From assembly GCA_051362555.1 (NCBI GenBank), contig CM120641.1:41484401-41548400 (forward strand): a stretch of DNA of 64,000 bases, written 5' to 3'. Source of the DNA: Lingula anatina. Its lineage: Eukaryota > Animalia > Brachiopoda. The position numbers were made by a program, and so were the translations under genes. Shown here one piece after another: positions 1 to 11,439 of the stretch; within the stretch, counting starts at the first letter, position 1, and each line of letters begins with the position of its first letter. The notes beneath the pieces are model-generated. The model ran no database searches. It was not told the DNA's origin and saw only the letters and a list, made by a program, of their open reading frames with translations.

Positions 1-2010
1 ATTTTAGTCAACTTGATTTTTTGGGTTAATAGTCGCACAATTTGACGGAAATTATCATTTTATTCATCACAGGAAGTATGTTAATTAAGGAAACGCTCAT
101 TTTCAATTTATAGGTCTATTTAACATTTTAAAAGATATTAAAAGTAAGCTAGCAGAAGAATTGTTATTCCTGGTGGAACTTTACAAACATTAGGCTAGCA
201 ACTTAAATTAAAAATAAAAATTACTAGATTTATCTGTTCTCACACAAAAAACGTAAACGGACTCAAGTTTAAACCTTCGTTACTGTTGCTCGCAGCGCCA
301 TCTCACATTCTCCATCTTATCTAGTTTATATGTACCAAAGTAGAAAATCTGCAACTTTTCAGGAAGCGGGTATGATTTCTAACATCTCAGAAAATATCTA
401 AAATATTTATTTTAGATAACTCAATAGATAGCTTGAGGCAACTTTCCCAGTGTCACAAGGATTTTAGATATTGAAAAATATTCGTTCCGTCTTTTTTCTG
501 TAATATTTTAGCCATTAACAAATTCTTCAATTCAGTTACATCCATTACAATGTAAGCATGACGATATTATGACAGGGTACAGTCAAATGTTTTACACGAA
601 ACACATCAAAACTGCTTTCTCATAGAAAGCAATTTGCAAAACCTTCGTTATTAGGCATTATGAAAAAATGTAATTGAGATTGAGGACAAAATGTGCAGTT
701 TAAATAAACGTGCATCTGGAGCAGTCTTATTCTGTTAGTATTATTAATGTGCGAATATTATGCAAAAGGGTTGTTGTCATTAAAACTTTACTTACTAAAA
801 TAGGCTAAAACATTCGTTCCTGAATTTGAAAATACCCCATACTAGCAAGGCATGAATAAAAAAAAATCCAATGATTTAAACAAACAGATTTATCACTTTC
901 TGTCACCAGAGATTTAGAAAAAACGTAGAACTCGCGAATATATCTTTTACTTCATTTTCACTTATTATATCATCGCTTTATTTTCCAGCACCGGTTGTAT
1001 GTGTACAGCTATCTGTGTATATAGTACACAGCTTCTGCCCTGGAACTCTGCTCCAGATGGGCTTCTGTGTCGGTATCCATACTGAAAAGTTATGGAAGGA
1101 ACGAGTGTATGCCATTACCGCCAAGATACACCATGCACTGTATTAAGACATATCCGGTTTGATTCATTGGCTGTTTGCAAACTACTTCATGTATTTAAGC
1201 GCCTGCTGATGCCTTACGAAAATTCTTTCACATGAATAGTATTAGTTTGAATCAGATTAAACTTCCTCTGAGTTGACTAAGACCTTGTGGTATCTCTTGG
1301 TTTTAGAGGGGTTTTGGTGAGATATTTTAATAAACTTAATAACTTTGAAGTTCTCCACTGTGTAAAATTAACAGGCACTGAGCTATATAAAAGCACGGGA
1401 TTTTTTTCCTTGATAGCGTTATACGAGAAATACACTGAAGTTGCAAATCAACTTGACACTTAAATAATATACGTACATGTATAACATAAACGCGGGTAGA
1501 ATACCTAATGATTTACGTTGTTCCTTGCATTTAGTACATTTAGTAGTAACTTACGTTATGATCTGTATGAAGCCCTCAACGAAGTGATTAAAATTCCAGT
1601 CAAGTGTATGCGTGCCTTAACAGCGGGCTGTCACCGCGTACAGTCTCGTTATATATGTGTAGATGGTCACGCCAAGTGGGACTGTTTGAGATTATGTGGA
1701 ACATAATCTGTAGTGTGCCTATGCAGTGTGCATAAGAAAATAAAATGCGTGCCTGAGAAGCTGCTCATCTGAAGCATCGTCAAAGAGGCTTGCGTGTAAG
1801 TTTAATGATAAAAAATGCAAGAAAACTGCAATGCCAAAGAATATGAAAAATAGTTGTTTAATGCATTAATTTTTTCTCGCGTCTTTAATTTAGACTGCGC
1901 AAACATTTCAGTCTTACTAATGGGTCTGGGCATAAACAGCACTTTTAATGTCCTCATGAATGACGCGCTAGATGAAAATCTAAATTAGCAGTAGTGCTGT
2001 TCTGCACTGC

Positions 2011-2967
2011 TTAGGGTATAAACTTTGAATACAGGCGTAATCTCCTAAATTCGCCTACAAGATATGTGTATGCATCCATCAATTCGTTGCAGTCTCTTTG
2101 ACTTTTGCATCTAAAGACAAAAACGGCTGTCTTCCAACTGCAAACGTTGAGCTCACAGACGATAATATTTATGTAAGAGTCCCCAATGTAAAGGTTGCGG
2201 ATTACTTTCCATTCAAGTAACAGGGCAGAGTTATGATCTAAACAATTTGCCTTATCAAACATTATCCCATGTTCAGTGACTTTGATATTTTTCTTCACGC
2301 CAGCACTGAATGGAGAGAAATATTTCCGCCATGCGTTAAATTGCTCGCCATTGCCAACATCATATACTAATATTTTTTGTCCGAGATACGAAACTTTTTT
2401 CTCAATAAGCACATACTCCTGCTCATTGCGTTTCTTCTTTGTGAGTAATGGCGGCTGCAAAGTCACAGAAATACTTGATCCACGGCGACAAAGGTCTTCG
2501 CTCTCCCCTCCGGATCTACCACAGCCGCTGTTGACATCGGCTGCAACTTTTCTATACGCGTCAACCAGATCCAAACAGTCTTGCTGGTTTTTCCCCTTGA
2601 ACACCAAAATGCGGCTCTTGTAGTGCGTCTTTCTCGTGACACAGACGAGGACATGTTGATAGAGATCGCCGATGTAAAATGCACGGACATCGTCAAGCTG
2701 CAATACAACATGCAAAAATTGGTTGAAAAGACCAACCGAGCTGCCAAAGCTTATTCCGTTTTCTGTGACCTTCAGTTTACCCGGAGTTCCCGTAAAGGCT
2801 GGGGAAATGTGCCTCCTCCATTGCTGAAGCCGCAAGTGACCATCGTATTCAGTATAGTACTGTCCAAGAAATGAAACTTTCTTCTTCGTTAATGGACATT
2901 GCGTCCGTTTCTGTTTTTCCAAAAGCGAGGTCTTTTCAGTCTCATGATGTCTTTTTAGAAAGGGCAT
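2011..2967 (-). CDS. Intronless 318-aa protein with two tandem PTB/PID-like domains
   Basis: Internal repeat at about aa 28-141 and 189-305: KKVSFLGQ..LKVTENGI..YIGD..ILVFKGKNQQDCLDLVDAY vs KKVSYLGQ..IKVTEHGI..YIGD..VFVFRCKSQRDCNELMDAY. The V-x-Y/F-LG, L-x-V-x3-GI and VF-x-C plus C-terminal helix pattern fits PTB domains. An in-frame TAA at 2991-2989 lies upstream of the ATG. Confidence 0.72.
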   Translation of the reverse strand: MPFLKRHHETEKTSLLEKQKRTQCPLTKKKVSFLGQYYTEYDGHLRLQQWRRHISPAFTGTPGKLKVTENGISFGSSVGLFNQFLHVVLQLDDVRAFYIGDLYQHVLVCVTRKTHYKSRILVFKGKNQQDCLDLVDAYRKVAADVNSGCGRSGGESEDLCRRGSSISVTLQPPLLTKKKRNEQEYVLIEKKVSYLGQKILVYDVGNGEQFNAWRKYFSPFSAGVKKNIKVTEHGIMFDKANCLDHNSALLLEWKVIRNLYIGDSYINIIVCELNVCSWKTAVFVFRCKSQRDCNELMDAYTYLVGEFRRLRLYSKFIP

Positions 2968-4048
2968 ATTTTCCCCTGTCTCTTTCCCTTAAACCCCTTT
3001 TTCGCATATACGCTAAAAAAGGACTGAGTCTTTAAAGAGACACGAGAATGAATATTTATCTGTTAAGCTACCCTCGACGAAGTTGTAAATAGCAATTTAG
3101 ATTTGTGAATGAGCATTTAGCTATGGATACTCCACTAACATGTAGTGGAGAAATGTCATTATGTACATTTATTTTGTGTTTGTGTAGCTCTTTATCACGC
3201 ATGTTTTCTACTCTTTATAACAAGGCGTGATGGGACAACGGTTAATGGATATTACAGATATCATCTAAGAATCAACTAGAGTCATTGTCATTGTCATTGT
3301 CACCGGAGTACTTTTAATCAAAATTAAATTAATTATCTGAAACCTTGATCAAAATGTCTAATGCAAAATTTTTCAACACAAACAAAGCATTCTCAGGTCT
3401 GATAAGTACTTAGTACAAATTAGTTGTCACTTAGAACTTGGAGAAAAAAAAACGCTTTATTCGTCCAAGTGAACATGTACAGTGGAACTTTTTGGGTGTT
3501 TGTCACAATTTATATATTTTAATTAATTTCAGCATTGTAAGACATGGTAGTCCTTCATGTACACGTAGCTACCGGTAGATTCAACTCGAGCGTAGGCTTC
3601 TAGCAGCCTTCCTTTCCAGGTTAAAAAATAAACACGTGAATTTGGTTTGTGGTATATGATTGTACTCACAGTAAACAATTTCTCTATTATTCAAAAAAAG
3701 ATGGAATAAAATTTTGAAAGAATTTGTTCCTATTAGGGGAAGTCAATTTTACCATGCTGTATGGCGTAAACGCTAAATGACGTTTTAAATGTAGATGGAT
3801 GCATTCTGAAAATCTTATACAACCAGCTGAACAATAAATGTAAAATACTCTATAAAGAAAGCCATGATGTCTGACCTATCAGTTACAATAAAAAGCTAAT
3901 TTTAAGGTATTTATAGTGTCTGACACACAAAAGCTGTATCTGCGTGACCTAGTTTTGTAACAAGGCGCAGACGTTTGATGCTTGAGCACCGTTTATACTG
4001 GTACTGACGAAATTTGCTGCGGCCGACTTCCTCGTGCTAATATTTACT

Positions 4049-4582
4049 ATGTCGGTGGCTCCTCTTCCAGAATTTTGGGTACGCAAAATGCGATCTTTTT
4101 ATGCATTATTTGATAAAGACGGCGATGGCATGGTGTATAGAACGGAGTTCGTAGGCGGCACTGTGAAAACAATGAAGCAACATCTCAAAGCGGAGAAAGT
4201 AGAACTACTCGAAAGTCTGTTGTCGAAGGCGTGGGAATTGTTCTGGGGAGGGGAGAGCACCTGCAGCCTCGATACTATGATCCATCACTACGGGCGCTGT
4301 TTCACAGAGCCCCACTTTCACGAGCTTCTCCGAGAGGTGGGCTCCCTATTCTTTGAAGCCGTAGACGCAGATAACGATGGCCTCGTCACCATTGAGGAGT
4401 TCGCCACCTATCTGGGGTGTTATGGTGTCCACCCCCTGTCTGTTCCTCCGTCCTTTCAGGCACTGGACACCGATCATGATGGTCTGATAACCAGAGAGGA
4501 GTTTGTGGATGCTGCATGTGAATTCTTTACAAAAACATGCGATACGCCTGCGAAATTATTCTTTGGACCTTTCTTAGGATAG
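4049..4582 (+). CDS. Sarcoplasmic calcium-binding protein-like (SCP), copy 1
   Basis: ATG at 4049. N-terminal FWVRKMRSFY, EF loops DKDGDGMVYRTE, DADNDGLVTIEE and DTDHDGLITREE, degenerate EF2, and C-terminal FFGP match invertebrate SCP architecture. Intronless. Confidence 0.92.
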   Translation: MSVAPLPEFWVRKMRSFYALFDKDGDGMVYRTEFVGGTVKTMKQHLKAEKVELLESLLSKAWELFWGGESTCSLDTMIHHYGRCFTEPHFHELLREVGSLFFEAVDADNDGLVTIEEFATYLGCYGVHPLSVPPSFQALDTDHDGLITREEFVDAACEFFTKTCDTPAKLFFGPFLG

Positions 4583-5211
4583 AAATAGCTTAGGATAGCG
4601 TACTTGGCATCTTGGAAATACTATTTTCGATTGATAGAACTCGTTGATATTATATCACAAACACAGCATTATCCTGGATATGCGACCACTTCTGGCCAGC
4701 ATGTCAGGCATTATTAACGTCCTTTAAAAAACATCAAAGTGGCAACGCGGGAAAAGTATTTTTCCCCTAAATTATCCATACATGTAGAAAAAAAAAATGA
4801 CGCGGTTGTGCATTGTTATGAGAGCTATCCGGTCTCTAGACCTGCTAGCGTTTAACGTTTACATTTGGGTGAGGGGCATTCTACACAGCCTATCTTCACA
4901 TTTTGCGATCTCGTGAGAGATACAGTTACTAGCAGTGGTCGATGTTAATATACCTGCCAGAAATTTATCCATCACTGACCATCAGGTCATAAACAGTATA
5001 TGACGGGCCTTTAGACATCAATGTCAGCATTATTTTTTCATTATACCTTAATTTTTTTTTGACAGTGTATGCAAATGGAAACAAAAATAAGAATTAAATG
5101 AGGAAAATTTGCAGGAAGATGTCTTGCCTCTCACTGAAGATTGGTGACATTCTGGTTATCAGTCATGGTTGGTAAAGATGAGATGGGGCTTAACCTAGTG
5201 AATCCATCTTA

Positions 5212-5500
5212 GGGAACATTCACAACAGATGATTCTCGGATATACTGATCCACAGATCAAATATAACGGTCCCTACATGGAAGCACAGCCGAGTAATCTG
5301 CTGGTGATCTCCCAGCCTCCACACGCGCCGTCCCTGTAGGGGTCTAGTAATTAAACCTCAGAATCGTGATTTAATCCGTTTAATGGCGCGTGCGGCGGCG
5401 GAGATACCATTAACAGTTAGTCGCCTCTGCTTTCATGTTGGGACCGCCATTTTGATCCGCGGATCAGTAGATCCGTGGATCATCTGTTGTGAATGCCCTC
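5212..5500. mobile_element. Palindromic MITE (family A) with long imperfect inverted arms
   Basis: Left end GGGAACATTCACAACAGATGAT pairs with right end ATCATCTGTTGTGAATGCCCTC. Pairing extends about 100 bp inward and both ends are flanked by TA. Core is shared with the element at 8605-8907. Confidence 0.8.
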
Positions 5501-6189
5501 TAAAATGTATAAAATGACCATTCCACTTTTTTACATCCTGGATATCTAAAAAAATTATTCATATTTTTACCATATTTTCTTTCAAACGTTTTTGGGGATC
5601 CTACTTTTATAATGAAAACGGAAAAAAAGAATGAGATGAAAACCGGGACGAAATAGGCAGAGCGCATATAAAATCCCTTCTAAGGTTGATAGTTTTAAAC
5701 AATGCAAGAATAATGTCTGCTTTAATAGTGTCCAACCCTGGTTGACGGGGTTCAAACGATGATACTTCGTGCAACATGATGACATAGGAGGAACAGAGGT
5801 GAAGGACAAGTATTTAATTGTTTCTTCAAGAATATTTATCATCACAGGAAGGGAAAACCATTTTCCTTTTTTATATCGTGAGCATTACCCATTCTGCCCT
5901 TTGAAATGTGAAAGCAACTTAGTAGTAAACATTGTACTCAAGGGCATATTTTTCTTTTATTACTTATTCATGTTCTTGTTCGAAACGTGTTAAAATACAT
6001 GTATAAGTAAAAGTGTAACTGTGAAATGTGCTAAAATGGCTATCCTGCACTTCAGTCTACTTTGTACCAGTAGTGAATATGGCCGCGAATAAGCATCATG
6101 AAAAAAAGTTTTATCGAAAACAAACCAAAAAAATGAACCAACACTTATGATGCCATTCTAACTTTAAATTTACTATGTAAACGTAAAAT

Positions 6190-6516
6190 CTATGTTAAAA
6201 GCATTCAGAATGGGCAACCTCCGCCACGACAAGTAATTTAACTAATAATTAATCATAAATAAATTAATTAATTTATCTTCACCAAAATCTAATCATTCCG
6301 TTTTGGCCCATTTCTTACCTTTCCTGAAAACTTAAAAAACTAATGTGTCAATACCAAAATCTTATCATTTCTTCCTTGACCCATTTGTGACTCATTCTGA
6401 AAATTTCATCAAAATCCGTCCATGACTTCTTGCATAACAACAAACAAACAAACAAACAAACAAACAGACAAACAAAAAGACGGTAACGAAAACATAACCT
6501 CGTTGTCGAAGGTAAA
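6190..6516 (-). mobile_element. Helentron-associated non-autonomous element (HINE/DINE-1-like)
   Basis: On the minus strand it begins TTACCTTCGACAACGAGGTTATG (short hairpin), then a (GTTT/GTCT)n tract, and has the GGCGGAGGT subterminal repeat near 6217-6225. This is typical HINE layout. Confidence 0.6.
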
Positions 6517-6812
6517 AATGATATGCTTTTCAAGAATAAAAACTTCTCCTCACAAACATGCTGGGGGTATAGGTTTACAGGAGAATGAACTAGTGCCCAT
6601 ATGTACTAGTAACTGTACACCTTTGACTTATTTTTGAACCCCTCAAGGTACCCTGAAATTGATATGTGAGCCACTTAAATTGCATAACGCCATACGCGTG
6701 CTTTGGCCCATTCATTCTAAATGGACACTGTCACCGATTCCGGACATCAGTTTCGGCCTGGGTAGTGCATATTTTATGAAGTGGTACACTAAACCCCTGC
6801 ATTTTGGAGAAA

Positions 6813-7349
6813 ATGGCGAGCGCTCCGCCTCCTTATTACTGGCTGCGTAAATTGCGTTCCTTTTTTGTATTACACGACCGTGACTTGGACGGCGTAATAA
6901 GCAGAGAGGATGTTGTAGACTACCCTGTCAACCGAGCGAAAACATTCCTTGGGGAAACCAAGGCCAAGGACCTCGAGATTCTGCTATCGCGAGGATGGGC
7001 TGATTTTCTCGGAGGAGATAACCAGACTGCCACGTTCGATGCGATCATCGGCAACTTTGCTCGCACTTTCACCGATCCCAATTTTAGCGAGGTAAACACG
7101 AAGATGGCCGAGCTAATGTTTACCGCCGTTGACATAAACAATGATAATATGGTGACTCTTGAAGAGTATACCAGAGTTCTGGAATGCTTTGGAGTTCATC
7201 CCCTGTCGGTCCAGCCATCTTTCGAGGCACTGGACGCCAATAAGGATGGTCTGATCAGCAAAGAAGAATTCATCGACGCAGCCGTACAGTATTTTCAATG
7301 TACTTGCGAGAGTCCTGGTGCCCTATTTTGGGGACCACTCAGAGCCTGA
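6813..7349 (+). CDS. SCP-like EF-hand protein, copy 2
   Basis: ATG at 6813. YWLRKLRSFF, EF loops DRDLDGVISRED, DINNDNMVTLEE and DANKDGLISKEE, C-terminal FWGPL. Confidence 0.92.
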   Translation: MASAPPPYYWLRKLRSFFVLHDRDLDGVISREDVVDYPVNRAKTFLGETKAKDLEILLSRGWADFLGGDNQTATFDAIIGNFARTFTDPNFSEVNTKMAELMFTAVDINNDNMVTLEEYTRVLECFGVHPLSVQPSFEALDANKDGLISKEEFIDAAVQYFQCTCESPGALFWGPLRA

Positions 7350-7629
7350 TTGGGAGGACAATTAATTTGAAAACATGACTGGCTTTGGTATGCCGTGATT
7401 TCATTAAGACAATGCTCTGCATGACGGTGGTATTGTGGTATACATTATCTCACATAAACAGTGGTGTAAAAATACTAACGGTCGTTGTAACAGAGTCCGC
7501 CCTCCTTGAAGGTTACCGTGACATGCACTTTGGTGGGTCAAAGTCATGGGCGGCGCTTACATGTACCTGTACAAATCAATAAGAAGCGAACCATGTTCAT
7601 GTATCACAGGTAACTCTCTCGCACACGCC

Positions 7630-7795
7630 ACCGATACAAGATTTATCACAAGCCATCGGTACAAGATTTATCACAAGCCATCGGTAAGGCTTTATCACAA
7701 GCCATCGGTACAAGATTTATCACAAGCCATCGGTAAGGCTTTGTCACAAGCCATCGGCACAAGATTTCTCACACGACACCGGTACAAGATTTGTC
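7630..7795. repeat. 24-25 bp minisatellite, about 7 copies
   Basis: Unit TTTATCACAAGCCATCGGTACAAGA alternates with variant ...CGGTAAGGC. A shorter, decayed version occurs at about 10295-10365 in the duplicated unit. Confidence 0.9.
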
Positions 7796-8477
7796 TTACA
7801 ATGGCCGTTTAAGATTTTTAAGACAGATCATAGTCTTAATTATCGCCAATAATGGCAATATGTCATATCTGTAGTAGGTTGTTTAGAAGGTAGGACTGAT
7901 GCAAATCCTCTCACCATCTGGAGGACAGGAGGACAAACTCGACATTTAAACGTGCGTGGATTTACAAGAAAGCAACACTCAGGAATGGTCCATCACGCTC
8001 AGACTGCTATATATCACAAATTGAATGTTTATCAAATAAAACTCCATTTTTCATCGAAACAGGAAAAGTGTGTACAGTGTGTGATAATTACCATATTTTA
8101 TCAGCTAATTTCATTTAGTGTCTCAACAGGTCTTTAGCAAGGGGGTGGGGGGTGGGGGGTGGGGGTGAACTTCCAAGACGGAGCATGTTGAGTGTATTGA
8201 AAATCTCGATTTTAATTTGTATCGAAAGGCTCACCAAATAAGCATAAGCAGCATCATTGCTATACTTCATGGGTACATTTGGAAGTCCAAAATATGTAGT
8301 TTTTTGTTCAACATACTATTTTAAATGTATCGTGTGTAAAAGAGACAAAATGCCAGGATTTTCAATTTACTCAACGTACTTCCGTTTTGGGGGATCACCA
8401 CCTTTGGTAAGGGTACATGTAACATCAGTACACTTGTGTCAAGATGGAAAAAAATAAATGTTTTTTAAAGAGACATA

Positions 8478-8907
8478 AAGAGCATTCAATCGAGAAGAGC
8501 CGAAGTCTAGCAAGGCCGAGACCTAAATATGGAGGACCTACATGAAAGGAAGGCCGCGTAATCCTTTAATGGTCTCTCGATGGCATTCACATTTAACACA
8601 TTTAGAGAGCATTCATATCGAGAAGAGCCGAGGTCTAGTAAGGCAGCGACATAAATATGGCGGACCTACATGAAAGGGAAACCGCTTAATCCTAAAATGG
8701 TCTTTCCGCCTCTCACACGGCTCCCCACGCGTCGTACCTCGACCGGTTGAATTGAGCCGAGATTTAATTAGTGTGCCCCTGCAGGGACGACGCCCGGGAA
8801 GGCGGAGAGACCATTAATGGAATAATCGGTCTTCCTTTCATGTAGGTCCGCCATATTTAGGTCGCGGCCTTACTAGCACTCGGTTCTTCTCGATCTGAAT
8901 GGTCCCT
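8478..8907. mobile_element. Palindromic MITE (family A), full copy 8605-8907 plus a partial tandem copy 8478-8590
   Basis: GAGAGCATTCATATCGAGAAGAGCCGAG pairs with CTCGGTTCTTCTCGATCTGAATGGTCCC, with TA flanks. Its internal GAGATTTAATTAGTGTGCCCCTGCAGGGACG is close to the reverse complement of the core at 5327-5358. Absent from the homologous position near 10650. Confidence 0.8.
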
Positions 8908-9085
8908 AAATATGTTATAACCTGTAAGGCTTAGTGTTTTACATACACGTACGTGTAATGCCGCACGCGGTCTTTAACCGGTTTTGAATAACTCCATATG
9001 AGAAAAGTAACCGATTTAAAGCAGTTTCGGTCTGGTTAGCACACATTGAATTTGGGAGACATAAGACATTGATACTTTGGAGAAA

Positions 9086-9622
9086 ATGGCGAGCGCTCCG
9101 CCTCCGTACTACTGGCTGCGTAAATTGCGATCCTTTTTTGTATTACACGACCGTGACTTAGATGGTGTAATAAGCAGAGAGGATGTTGTAGACTACCCCG
9201 TCAACCGAGCGAAAACATTCCTTGGAGAAACTAAAGCCAAGGACCTCGAAATCCTACTATCGCGTGCATGGGCTGATTTTCTCGGAGGAGATAACCAGAC
9301 TGCTACGTTCGATGCGATCATAGGAAACTTTGCTCGCACTTTCACCGATCCCAATTTCAGCGACGTTAACAGCAAGATGGCCGAGCTGATGTTTACAGCC
9401 GTTGACATTAACAACGACAATATGGTGACTCTTGAGGAGTACATCAGGGTTCTGGAATGCTTTGGAGTACATCCCCTGTCGGTCAAGCCTTCTTTCGAGG
9501 CTCTGGACGCCAATAAGGATGGTCTGATCAGCAAAGAAGAATTCATCGACGCAGCCGTACAGTATTTTCAGTGTACTTGCGAGAGTCCTGGTGCCCTATT
9601 TTGGGGACCACTCAGAGCCTGA
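9086..9622 (+). CDS. SCP-like EF-hand protein, copy 3 (recent duplicate of copy 2)
   Basis: ATG at 9086. Differs from copy 2 at 5 residues (G/A, E/D, T/S, T/I, Q/K) with many more synonymous differences. Confidence 0.92.
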   Translation: MASAPPPYYWLRKLRSFFVLHDRDLDGVISREDVVDYPVNRAKTFLGETKAKDLEILLSRAWADFLGGDNQTATFDAIIGNFARTFTDPNFSDVNSKMAELMFTAVDINNDNMVTLEEYIRVLECFGVHPLSVKPSFEALDANKDGLISKEEFIDAAVQYFQCTCESPGALFWGPLRA

Positions 9623-9883
9623 TTGGGAGGACAATTAGTTCGAAAACATTATTGGTTTAGTTTGCCGTGACTTAATTTAGACAATACTTTGCATGACCGT
9701 TTTATTGTGGAATACATTATCTCGCATAAACTCTGGTGTAAAAATACTGACTGTCGTTGGAACAGAGAGTCCGCCCTCCTAGAAGGTTACCGTGACAAAC
9801 AACGTGCGCTTTGGTCGGACAAAGTAATGGACGGCGGCTACACGTACCTATACGAATCAATAAGAAGCGGACCCTATATCACA

Positions 9884-10258
9884 CAGGGGCGGATTGAGAC
9901 TGCCTTCTGGGTCTTCCGGAAGTATTAACCTTGAAATTAATTATAGTATTACAGGTGTATTACAGGTGTTTTAATTCATTGATCTTTGTAACATACATGT
10001 ATGATGCCGTTGAAGTAAGTTGAAGTTATATTTGACTACTAAATTTTAAATTTTTTGTACATAGTTTAACCGTCAGATGTAAAAATATAATCTCAATAAA
10101 TGCATATGTGGATTGAAGCCGACTTCTGGGTTTTCCGGGAGACGGTCAGATTTTAAAGTTTACAATCTATTTTTTGTTGGAAGTCCGTCAAAAATGGAGG
10201 ATGGATCAACAAAGATAATTTGAAAGACTGTCAGAAAATACCTCTGGATCCGCCCCTG
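9884..10258. mobile_element. hAT-like MITE with 5-bp TSD
   Basis: TIR CAGGGGCGGAT...ATCCGCCCCTG flanked by TCACA on both sides. The empty site TATCACAGGT is seen in the paralogous unit at about 7603. Confidence 0.85.
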
Positions 10259-11439
10259 TCACAGGTGACTGATGATTCTCCCGCACATACATGTACCACC
10301 AGTACAAGATTTATCATTGGTACAACATTTTATCACACGATACCGGTACAAGTTTTATCATACGGTGGACGTTTATACCTGTAAGATTTTGAAGTCAGCT
10401 CATAGTCTTAATTGTCGCTCAGCATCATTGCCATACATCATGGGTACATTTGGGACGATGAAGTCCAAGATATGTAGTAACTTGTTTCACATATTATTTT
10501 AAGTGTATCGTGTGTAAAAGAGAAAAATGGCAGGGTTTTCAATTTACCCAACGTACTTTCGTCTCGGGAGATCACCACCTTTGGTAAGGGTACATGTAAC
10601 ATCAGTGCACTTGTGTCAAGATGGAAAAAAATAAATGTTTTTTAAATAGACTAAATGTGTTATAACCTAAAAGGTTTGGTGTTTTGCATACAAGTACTTG
10701 TAATGCCGCACGCGGTCTTTAACCCATTTTGAATACAATGTACCTGTATGAGATAAGTAAGCCTAACCGATTTAAACAGGTTCGGTCTGGTTAGTACACA
10801 TTTAACTTGGCAGGTAGACATTAGACTTTGACACTGGAGAAAATTGTACGGACAGATTTTCAAAATTCCCAGCACGTACAGCAAAATGTAGGCTCACAGG
10901 TTATGTACCACATATCGTAGCTTAATTTTTACTAATATTAAAATCATCATTTAAGTTAAAATATTCTAGCGATTTAATAAAGTTTCAATATTCTTATTTA
11001 TCCAGAACGGTATATTTATTTAAAAGAGGGCTAACTGAAACAAACTTTGGGCACTGAATGAATTGCATGTTATGCCTGCTTGTATCCAGCTGAATGCTGA
11101 ATAACGTTGCAGCGCTGTTGTTCGATGTGAAACACTGGTCATATAATGGAGAATACATTTTTTCGTCATGGTAGAGAAACATTGATAATTGGAAAGGTAT
11201 TTTTTTATTTATTTTTATACTTTAATCATACTCTAAAAAATGTTAAAACAAAAGGATTGCAACTGCCGACAATATTATTAATAAGAAAGTTATTATTAAA
11301 AATGTAAAATAGTTGGATCGCACATGCGTATGTTAACAATTCATTTAACAACTATTCTAATTGTCTCTTCATTGTAAGAATGTTACTTTTTTTTGATGCA
11401 ACACATGAATGGATATAAAAGCGACAGCCTTTACTTAAA

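Noticed and set aside
989-1145. Possible plus-strand terminal exon after TTTTCCAG
   Set aside because: Two short open frames with no identifiable motif; cannot be supported.
7630-7795. CRISPR-like array
   Set aside because: Units are head-to-tail with no unique spacers, there are no cas genes, and the context is eukaryotic. It is a minisatellite.
4049-9622. Aequorin/obelin-type photoproteins
   Set aside because: Same EF-hand layout, but the C-terminal His/Trp/Tyr residues (RQHLGFW, LYGGAVP) are replaced by DAACEFF/DAAVQYF and FFGP/FWGP, which are SCP-like.
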